Part shown: positions 7,515-15,144 of the stretch, one piece after another
How positions within the stretch are numbered: the stretch's first letter is position 1
Layout: every line of letters begins with the position of its first letter
Origin: Pirellulales bacterium
GTDB lineage: Bacteria; Planctomycetota; Planctomycetia; Pirellulales; JAICIG01
DNA: 64,000 nucleotides
Direction of reading: 5' to 3'
Assembly: GCA_035533075.1 (NCBI GenBank)
Contig: DATLUO010000255.1
Location: 7,673-71,672 of the forward strand
Made by a program: the position numbers and the translations under genes
The notes under the pieces: generated by a model
Databases searched by the model: none
What the model was told of the DNA's origin: nothing
The model's input: only the letters and a program-made list of their open reading frames with translations

Positions 7515-7757
7515 TTCGGAATGGTTTTCTTACGTCGCGCGTGGCTTCGTCATCTCGACGACAACGACGGGCTTTGGCCAGCGTGGCAAACCATAATCTA
7601 GGTGGTTCGCTGCCGGCCTGCAAATCCTTTCTTGTGGAACAAAGGCGCGCAACCAAATGCCGCCGGTTTCGCTCCGCCATCTTGTCAGCATGACGGCAAA
7701 GGGCGATAATCACCGAAGTGGCGTTTGACAAAGGAGGCCATTCGGGATGGTGCGGTG

Positions 7758-9380
7758 ATGACGCAGGCATTTGACCCTTATCACAAGTGGCTTGGCATTC
7801 CGCCGGCCGAGCAGCCCGCCAATCATTACCGCCTGCTCGGTCTGACGATGTTTGAAGGCGACGTCGACGCCATCGGGAGCGCCGCCGACCAGCGGATGGC
7901 CCATGTCCGCACGTTTCAACTGAGCCAGCACGCGGAGGTCTCGCAGCGCCTTTTGAACGAGCTGGCCGCCGCGCGCGTGTGCCTGCTGAAACCGGGCGAA
8001 AAGATCGGCTACGACCGAAAGTTGCGACATCATCTCGCGATGACGGCACGCGAGGATGATGATGCGCGCGCGTGGGAGCGACGTTCAGTCGAAGCCGGCA
8101 CGATGAATGCCGCGCCGTCCGGGCCGCGGGAAATTCAAGCGGGGTCGCCTCAAGCCGTTAGCGTTACGGTGCCACCTCGCCTCGCGACCGCTGTACCGTT
8201 GGTGCCCCTTCCAGTTGCGTCGGTCGCGCCCGTCACTGCCGTGCAGGTTCCGGTTCAAGGGGAACCGGTGGCCACGGCTCGCTGGCTGGCAAATGAACGG
8301 AGCAAGATCGCTTTTTATCGGCTTCTTGGTCGCTCGTTTTGGACTCTGGTCGGCGCAATTCCCCTATGCCTGACAGCGTATGTGGCCGTCAGGCAGTACC
8401 GTGCCAACCAGTTCGGCGCGATGGCCGCGCGCGACGATCGCCATCAATTCGCGGAACCAGCGCCTAATGCTCTACCTCCCGACGTTCGCACGCGCGTCGC
8501 CATGACGGGCGGTGCCTCGCCCTCCGCCTCGCCGCCAACGAAGCCCAGTTCGCAGAGTACGGCGCCGGAAGGGCGAGTCGATTTTAATGCTGTCGCCGCG
8601 CGCCAGCGGTCAATGGCGGGGGCGCCGCGTGTAACATCGAGCGCCGCACCGCGTTTCCCGCTGAACACCGACCGCTTTTATCCACTAGACCGCGTATGGT
8701 TCCTGGGCTTGGTCGATTCGCGCTGGACCGACATCCGAGATCGCTTTGAAGCACGTCAATACGACGACAGCATGGCGATCAAATGCCAAGGCGAAAACGG
8801 AGACCGCATCGGTCTAAGACGGATGATTTTTCATGAGGAAGATCCCGCGGAAACAAAAATGGTGGCGCGGTTTCGCGTCGAGCGCGGCTCAATTTCATTT
8901 GGTTTTCAGTCCCGCGATCTTTCCAATGTCGGCGAGACCGTGACTCAGGAATTGACCGCCGGCCACGCTTGCATCGCTGAAAGCTGGCTCGACGCGGCCG
9001 CGCGCCAAGGCGTGGCACGTATCGTTGGCGCGCCTCAAAGCGGCGTGGTCGCCAGTGCTGTTCCGTTAGATTCATACTTTGCGATCACGCTCAGTGGCGA
9101 CTCGCTGCTTAGCCTCTACGAATTGAGGTTTGTTCCGCAAACGAAACGTTCGTTTCCGACAACCGCGGCGCAAAACCTGCCTCCGCAAGGCATCCCAGCG
9201 CCGCCTGAGCTGCCCGAGGCAACCGTTGACGTACGCGATTCAGAGGCGCCGGACGACGAACCGCAAGCCGATGCACACCCGGTTGCCGAGGAAGATTGCG
9301 ACGCTGAAATATATACAAGCGTCAATCGAAACGTGGGGCGCCGACATCGCGCGGCTCGAGGCAGAACGCGGCAAGGTTGA
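7758..9380 (+). CDS. Membrane-anchored protein with an N-terminal J-domain-like 'DPYHKWLGIPP..NHYRLLGL' module and a C-terminal domain of unknown function
   Basis: Start placed at ATG 7758 (MTQAFDPYHKWLGIPPAEQPANHYRLLGL). One predicted TM segment (FWTLVGAIPLCLTAYVAV). The acidic tail ends in a frame that overlaps the next ORF. Confidence 0.7.
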   Translation: MTQAFDPYHKWLGIPPAEQPANHYRLLGLTMFEGDVDAIGSAADQRMAHVRTFQLSQHAEVSQRLLNELAAARVCLLKPGEKIGYDRKLRHHLAMTAREDDDARAWERRSVEAGTMNAAPSGPREIQAGSPQAVSVTVPPRLATAVPLVPLPVASVAPVTAVQVPVQGEPVATARWLANERSKIAFYRLLGRSFWTLVGAIPLCLTAYVAVRQYRANQFGAMAARDDRHQFAEPAPNALPPDVRTRVAMTGGASPSASPPTKPSSQSTAPEGRVDFNAVAARQRSMAGAPRVTSSAAPRFPLNTDRFYPLDRVWFLGLVDSRWTDIRDRFEARQYDDSMAIKCQGENGDRIGLRRMIFHEEDPAETKMVARFRVERGSISFGFQSRDLSNVGETVTQELTAGHACIAESWLDAAARQGVARIVGAPQSGVVASAVPLDSYFAITLSGDSLLSLYELRFVPQTKRSFPTTAAQNLPPQGIPAPPELPEATVDVRDSEAPDDEPQADAHPVAEEDCDAEIYTSVNRNVGRRHRAARGRTRQG

Positions 9381-9639
9381 GTCGGAGATCCAAAGCATTG
9401 AGCGCAAACTTCCAAGCCTGAACAAGGCGATTAGCAACACACGTAGTTCCAAGTCTGCCGAGCGAGCGATGATCGCGATCCAGCAAGCGAAGAATGAAAT
9501 TAAAAAGGCGCGAACACGACTAAGACGGCTTGACGACCAGATCGACGCGAATGAGCGACACATTGAGTTGGCGCGTGCGCGACTCGGAAAACTGCGGCCG
9601 GCGGCGCGCGAAGCCGCGCCGGCGTCGAAAGCTGATTAA
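9271..9639 (+). CDS. Coiled-coil protein; may be the frameshifted C-terminus of the preceding gene
   Basis: ATG 9271: MHTRLPRKIATLKYIQASIETWGADIARLEAERGKVESEIQSIERKL..LRRLDDQIDANERHIELARARL. Heptad-like charged pattern. It overlaps 7758..9380 by 110 nt in another frame. Confidence 0.45.
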   Translation: MHTRLPRKIATLKYIQASIETWGADIARLEAERGKVESEIQSIERKLPSLNKAISNTRSSKSAERAMIAIQQAKNEIKKARTRLRRLDDQIDANERHIELARARLGKLRPAAREAAPASKAD

Positions 9640-9809
9640 CGATGGCGAGCTTTATGCCGCAGCGGACGGAACAAGGCAGCCATAGTTTAAAACGCGCGTG
9701 GTGCGGTCGACGATGCTTGGCGACTAAGACCGCCCTCGTCCTGCCCTCGAACCTCGACCTGAACTATCGGTGTCCTCGCTTGCTTCTGAAAGGAACGGCG
9801 TTTTTGAAG

Positions 9810-11270
9810 CTACGCGTCCGCTTCCAATACTTCATCGGCTAGCTCCTCAATTTCAGCCTGGACTTGCTCGGGAGCTGGAAGCGCCACCTTCTCTCGCTTC
9901 TTCGTAATTGTTAGGCAGACCTCATCGAGTTCGCCGTGCGCAAAAGTACGGCGTGCGGCGTCAGGATCGGCGCCTTTGCCGGCTTGATACATCGAACGCA
10001 GCCACGCGGGGTCAACCTTCGTCTTCACGTTTTCGATTAGTTCCTTTATCTCGGCCTCGCATAGCAGATAGTCGATTGCGAGTTCCTCGACTACTTCGTG
10101 GACGAACCGCAACATCCGCTTCGCATCGTCCTCGGCTAGTCGGTCCAACACGACTTTTGCCCCTGCCGAGCCGAGCCAGCCGCAGGCGACCGCGCCCACA
10201 ATGCCACCGACGACGCCACCGGCAGCGGTTCCTATCGCGGGCACGACGCTGCCAAGCGCGGCACCCGCCGCGGCGCCGCCCATCCATCCTCCCACGCCGG
10301 TGGCGACGCCGCTCGCGGCGGCCACGAGGTTCTTGGAGAACTGCCGCCAAGAGATGTTGCGGGCGATCGCCGCACGGTAAAAGTCCGGCGTCGAGGTCAG
10401 CGCGACGACGATTGTCGACGTAATGACGTTGCTCCGCAATAGCTTCGCGACGTGGTTAACGGCCGCGGCACCGTACACCGCACGGCCAAGGGATGCCTGG
10501 GCGACGGACTGAATCGCTTTCCGCCCGACGGTCGTCGAAGCGACGACCCGCATCCCATGTCTGGCGTGTACGGCACCGAGGGCTGCTATGCGCGTCCGCA
10601 GGACCTGCGCGGCCACGATCCCTGTAATCGTGCTGGAAGCTCCAGAGATGATCCCACTTGCCACCGCCGACCTCACCGCCTCCGGCGTTCTCTCACCGCT
10701 CCATTTGCAGCGCGCGAACTGTATGCCGAAGCTGATCGCGAAGACATACGAGCTTGTCACAGCTTGCGTTTTGGCGTCGAAAAGCAGCGAGTCGACCGTT
10801 CCCGACCGAGCAATGTTGCGCGCCTGCTTGTAGGTCACCTCGCCCTTCCCGACCAGGCGCTCGGCTTCCCGCGGATCCATAATACCGGGAACACGGCCGT
10901 TGAGGATTTTCTGTTTCATCAGGCGCACGCATTCGTCGTACTGGTCGCTAGGCACCTCCAGTGATTGCCCGCGATAGCGGTACAACCCTGTCTGCGTGTC
11001 GAAAGCGTCTCCGATTGTTAGTCGCGGCGTCTGACAGTATTTCGTCTGAATTTGCACGCCGTCGACAATACGGTCAGGCCCGTTGGCGGCGTGATTGGCG
11101 CCGACCATGTTGACTTTTCGGCCAACCGCGCGGTCGGCAAGCGCGTTTGCTTCTTCGGCCGCGAACCCGTGACCGCCCTTGGTGTGAAACCGGCTGATTT
11201 GGGTGTTTTCGAGAGCGTTCGCCACTGCCGCGGCAATAAATGCGTCCGGGTCATTCCGGTCTTGGGTCAT
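9810..11270 (-). CDS. Hypothetical membrane protein: conserved-looking N-terminal soluble domain, glycine-zipper/TM core, acidic C-terminal helical domain
   Basis: 486-aa ORF with protein-like composition. N-terminus: KGGHGFAAEEANALADRAVGRKVNMVGANHAANGPDRIVDGVQIQTKYCQTP. Gly/Ala-rich hydrophobic run: GVATGVGGWMGGAAAGAALGSVVPAIGTAAGGVVGGIVGAVACGWLG. I cannot name the family. Confidence 0.75.
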   Translation of the reverse strand: MTQDRNDPDAFIAAAVANALENTQISRFHTKGGHGFAAEEANALADRAVGRKVNMVGANHAANGPDRIVDGVQIQTKYCQTPRLTIGDAFDTQTGLYRYRGQSLEVPSDQYDECVRLMKQKILNGRVPGIMDPREAERLVGKGEVTYKQARNIARSGTVDSLLFDAKTQAVTSSYVFAISFGIQFARCKWSGERTPEAVRSAVASGIISGASSTITGIVAAQVLRTRIAALGAVHARHGMRVVASTTVGRKAIQSVAQASLGRAVYGAAAVNHVAKLLRSNVITSTIVVALTSTPDFYRAAIARNISWRQFSKNLVAAASGVATGVGGWMGGAAAGAALGSVVPAIGTAAGGVVGGIVGAVACGWLGSAGAKVVLDRLAEDDAKRMLRFVHEVVEELAIDYLLCEAEIKELIENVKTKVDPAWLRSMYQAGKGADPDAARRTFAHGELDEVCLTITKKREKVALPAPEQVQAEIEELADEVLEADA

Positions 11271-11499
11271 GTGTATGGTTCTCAGAAAGTCGCGTAAGGA
11301 AAATGCAGGGGGGAATGCGTGACCGCAACTTCAAGTCTTGGCGAATCGTCAGGTTCGTCGGCCATAGGTTCTCGGCGCTGTGGGACCGGCAAATTAAACT
11401 GACACAACCATTGTTCATTTTGTGGTTCGCTCCTCGCCCGCAAATCTTTGCTGGTTTCTCGGTTCAGCGCCGCGTTCCGCGCCGGCAGTTGTTCCCGCA

Positions 11500-11955
11500 T
11501 CAGCGAGCTGCGGCGCCTCCGCTGGGATTCACCGGAGATCTCGGTGGCGGCGGCGATGGTATCGCGAACCCGCCCCCGCCCGGGCCTCCTCGGCTGTTGA
11601 CGGCAATAATATAGACCAGGGCCGGAATGAGCTTCTTCCACTCGGCCTGCGTCAGCTTCCATGCGCCCCAGAGCCCGGCGGCCAACCATCCCGCGGGACC
11701 GATGATGAACGCGATCGTGCTGGTCATGCCGGTGTAGACCGCAAACGGCAGGGTTATGCCAACAGCATGCGTGAGAAAGCCGAGAGCGGTTGTCGATGCG
11801 ACGTATACACTGAAGCCCGACGCCTGAGCGGCGCCGAGCAAGGCGAGCGTCCTCGTTGGCCCGCGAAGGCCGGGCCCTTTGATCTCGGCATCGCCGACGA
11901 TTGCCGACGCGTCCACTTGCTGCTCGAAGAACTTCTGCCGCTCCCTCGGCTTCAT
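11500..11955 (-). CDS. Small membrane protein with a YaaW/UPF0174-like C-terminal segment (tentative)
   Basis: 151-aa ORF. IIGPAGWLAAGLWGAWKLTQAEWKKLIPALVYIIAVNS resembles the YaaW C-terminal pattern (GP.G....G.....Y..tIPAv..Ia.lr). There are two or three hydrophobic helices. Confidence 0.55.
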   Translation of the reverse strand: MKPRERQKFFEQQVDASAIVGDAEIKGPGLRGPTRTLALLGAAQASGFSVYVASTTALGFLTHAVGITLPFAVYTGMTSTIAFIIGPAGWLAAGLWGAWKLTQAEWKKLIPALVYIIAVNSRGGPGGGGFAIPSPPPPRSPVNPSGGAAAR

Positions 11956-12253
11956 TCGTTGAAGGGCCGGCTCAAAGCAAGACGCCCAGCCATTTGGGCC
12001 GGCGGGCGATCAGCGGTCGTTTGATCGGCTCTACAAGGAAGCGGGCGCACACGCGCAAAGAGCGTGCGCAAGATAGCCGGTCGCGCAATCGGTACGCGAC
12101 CGGCTAAGAAAAAGCGAGCGCCGCGCGCGGCATCGCCCCAACGGCACGCTGCTTGGGGCGGTGCGGCGTTCAGGTGAAGGCGGGCCGGTTAGATCGGCGC
12201 GCATCGCGCTGCCCCAACAGCGGTCCCATTCAGGGCCACGAAGCTCGCGCCGT

Positions 12254-13620
12254 CTAACCGCCGCTGACGCTCGACCAGTCGAAGGCGGCGTCTTTGGTGC
12301 GACGGTAGTTGGCGTCGAGCTGTGGCTGCAAAAGGAGGATGGCGGCGATGCGGCGGGCCATGTTCATCACTTCGCGGGCCTCTTCGGGCTTCAAGTCGCG
12401 CCCCAAAATCTCCCGCTCGCGACAACTGAGCCATTTCTTCATCACCTGATAGCCGCCGATCGTGTACTCCCAGACGTTGATCGGGACGTTCCGCCAATAA
12501 GCGCGGTCGTTGAGAAACACGTCGCAAGTCGTCGCGCCTAGCAATCCTCGCAGATCGTCGAGCGACGTTTCACGTGCCGCAGCCTGGGCGGCCATCGCCT
12601 CCCGCTCGGCGTCGTCGTAGGCCGGTGTTTCCATGCGGCCCTTGGCGGGCATCGTCACGCCCTCTTGCCCGTGATGCGCCCAGCCGGCGGTCACCGCCAG
12701 GTCGCCCCGCGCCGGGTCGAGCGAGCCGCCGCCGGCTTTCGTCGTCAGCCCGATGGTTTTCAACACCGGCGCGAGCTTACCCGACGTGACGCCGGCCACG
12801 CCGGCCTCGGTATCCAACAGTGCGGCGAGCTGCTCGCCTAGCGCCGCCGACGCCTCCAGCGATGCGCGGTCGGCCGGCAACGGAATGCGTGGCCACCCCT
12901 GGCGCAGCGCCGCCGCGTTTTCGCCTCGAAAAAGCGGGGAGTGCATGATCGCGACCACATGGAAAAAAACCAATTCGCCATGATCGGCGTCGCACCGCTC
13001 TAGGTATTGCTGGGCGGCCTCGGATAGGTTCAGCATTCGTACTGCTTTCGTCGAAGCGTCGAACAGGTCCCCGTTGCCTGTTTGCAACCGGTGCAGGTAC
13101 AGGGGAAAGAAATTACTGAAGCCGTTGCCGAAATTGTCGGCGAGAATAGACGTAACCGTGCCCCGCGCCCATGTCGTGACCGACTCGCGGCGGCGCGCTT
13201 CGACAAAGAAGTTGCGGTCGCCGACCTGGGGGAAGAAATCCGGGCTCTTTCGGCCAAGTAGCACAAGTTGGCTGAAGAGGTGTGCGCGAGCCGGCGCGAG
13301 AAGAGCGAAATGGCCGTGCCGACCTGAATTCCTTCGCGGCGAAACGGTGTGGAAAACACGCTTGGATCCGGTTGCCCGTCGGGCGTAAGCTTTCCGATCC
13401 GATACTTGTCGCCGTTGAGCGAGTCGATCCAGATTCCATCGAACACATCGAGCAGCCGCTCCCGCATGCCATTGTGGCTGCGGCCGTCGAGCCAGGAGAA
13501 TGAGACGTTTTGCCGCGAGGAAAAGCGGTGGCTGGGGCAGAGCTTGGCCAGATAGCGGGTGGCGCGCATCGACAGCTTGGAGGCCAAGCGACGCCCCGGT
13601 GCTCCAACCGGGGCATCGCC
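12254..13620 (-). pseudogene. Remnant of a type ISP / type IIG restriction-modification enzyme: C-terminal methylase portion and specificity domain, N-terminally truncated and frameshifted
   Basis: Frame A (13030..13587 ORF): YLAKLCP..SWLDGRSHNGMRERLLDVFDGIWIDSLNGD..GIQVGTAISLF. Frame B (12254..13684 ORF): ..LVFFHVVAIMHSPLFRGENAAALRQGWPRIPLP..NVWEYTIGGYQVMKKWLSCREREILGRDL. The homologous signal switches frame around 13150-13290. No helicase or methylase N-terminus lies upstream. Confidence 0.7.
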
Positions 13621-13716
13621 TGGCCGCCGAGATGAACGAAGTGCCAGCCTCCACCCGGCCAGGCTCTGCCCCAGCCACCGCCAATGTCTCTTTCCCGGCC
13701 GCGTGAAGTTAGCGCC

Positions 13717-15036
13717 TTATCGCAGCATGCGATTCGTCGGTTTCTTGGCGTTTTGCGCTTTCGGTTCGGGCATGTCGTCGTAGGCGGTCCACACCTTGGT
13801 CTTCATTTTTTCGAAGAAGGCGGTGATCGCCTTGTTTCGGGCATCCATACCCCGCTGCTCCGTGATTTTGACTTTGATTCCCGCCTGCGCATCGCGAAAG
13901 CTGGTGGCACCCGCCTCGGTGCGCTGCACCACGCGCACGATCGTAAAGCCGCGGCCGTCGTCAATCGGATTGCTCAGCACGCCGACGGGCAGCGAGAACA
14001 GCGCCGCATCCAACTCTTTGCACTTCAGGCTTCCCTTGCTGGTCCAATCGTGCAACCCGCCCTGGTCGGCCTTGGCGCCCTCCGAGTGGACCTTGGCGAT
14101 TTCGGCCATCGGCGCGCCGGAGTACACCTGATAGCCGAGCCGGCGGGCCAGCTCCCAGGCCTCTTGCCGGCCGCGACGGCGCCCGTAATTCACGTGAATC
14201 TGCTCGAAGCGGACCTTGGCCGGAAACTCGTACTCGCGGTGGTGCTCGTGATAAAAAGCCAGCATCTGTTCGTGGCTCACGTGCTCGTCGAACTTGGCGT
14301 CTTTTCGCATCCACTCCTGAACGAGGATCATCTCGACAAAGGATTTCCTTTGCTCCTTGAGCGAGGTGCCATACTCTTTCAGCTTGGCGTCGACCTCGCT
14401 TTCCGTCGTGACGCCCAACTTTTTTTTCATCTCCGGCAGCCGTTCTTTCTCGAAGTGCTGCAGAATCTGCTTCTCCATTTCCGGAAACTTTCCTTCCGGC
14501 ACGTTCTTTTTCATCTCCTGCACCACCAACTTCGTCTGCAGGAGCGATTTCACGTGCTTGGCCATGACCATCTGAAAAAACTGATCGTGCTGCTCGGGCG
14601 GCACCTGTCTCGCCAAATGCTTAAACTCTTCTTGGACCGCCGGCAACACGTCGGCGGCCAGGATCACCTCATTGCCAAACTTGGCCACCACCTTGGCGCT
14701 TGGGATCGGAACCGGCCGCGTCACTTCCAAGGCCCCGGCACCGCTGGGATCGATCTGGAGCTGGGTGAAGGGGGTCTGCCGTGCGCGGCTGGGCTGGCCG
14801 GGCGGCGCCGCGGGCGGCTTGCCGGTCGGCGGCAGCCGTTGAGGCGCGGGTCGTCCGCGGTAGACCGCGCCGTTCGGCGGCGGCGCCGCGTTGCCGTCGG
14901 CGGGAGTCTGAGCCTGGGCCGCGGCCGTCTCCACCAGGGCGGTCAGCCAGTGCATCGGCAGACCGTGCCGCACCCAGAGCGTCGCCGCCAGGGCCGCTGT
15001 GACGCTGAACAAGGTTGGATAAAACAGACGCGACAC
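13717..15036 (-). CDS. Parvulin-type peptidyl-prolyl cis-trans isomerase (SurA/PpiD-like), secreted
   Basis: The ORF is open to 15090, but its first 18 codons are translated heptamer repeats. GTG 15036 (VSRLFYPTLFSVTAALAATLW) gives a signal-like N-terminus. Rotamase region: FEQIHVNY..AKVHSEGAKADQGGLHDWTSKGSL..LFSLPVGVLSNPIDDGRGFTIVRV. Confidence 0.8.
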   Translation of the reverse strand: MSRLFYPTLFSVTAALAATLWVRHGLPMHWLTALVETAAAQAQTPADGNAAPPPNGAVYRGRPAPQRLPPTGKPPAAPPGQPSRARQTPFTQLQIDPSGAGALEVTRPVPIPSAKVVAKFGNEVILAADVLPAVQEEFKHLARQVPPEQHDQFFQMVMAKHVKSLLQTKLVVQEMKKNVPEGKFPEMEKQILQHFEKERLPEMKKKLGVTTESEVDAKLKEYGTSLKEQRKSFVEMILVQEWMRKDAKFDEHVSHEQMLAFYHEHHREYEFPAKVRFEQIHVNYGRRRGRQEAWELARRLGYQVYSGAPMAEIAKVHSEGAKADQGGLHDWTSKGSLKCKELDAALFSLPVGVLSNPIDDGRGFTIVRVVQRTEAGATSFRDAQAGIKVKITEQRGMDARNKAITAFFEKMKTKVWTAYDDMPEPKAQNAKKPTNRMLR

Positions 15037-15043
15037 AGAGGAA

Positions 15044-15123
15044 GGGGTTTGGGGTTTGGGGTCTGGGGTTGGGTAGATTGCAAATTGCAAATTGCCTGAC
15101 GCCTATCGCCTTTCGCCTATCGC
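15044..15123. repeat. Three consecutive short-period (about 7 nt) arrays in the mfd/PPIase spacer; the first is a G-tract array
   Basis: ggggtttggggtttggggtctggggttggg (15044-15073); attgcaaattgcaaattgc (15077-15095); cgcctatcgcctttcgcctatcgc (15100-15123). Confidence 0.9.
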
Positions 15124-15144
15124 GCGCGGAGTATAGCTGCCCGT

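Noticed and set aside
12075-12105. Perfect 11-bp hairpin agccggtcgcg/cgcgaccggct as a terminator for the RM remnant
   Set aside because: No U-run follows it on either strand; the A/T run is on the wrong side for both orientations. It is noted as a structure only.
13717-15090. ATG 15090 as the start of the PPIase gene
   Set aside because: The first 18 codons (MQFAIYPTPDPKPQTPSS) are a direct translation of the attgcaa and G4T3 repeat arrays. In-frame GTG 15036 gives a plausible signal sequence.
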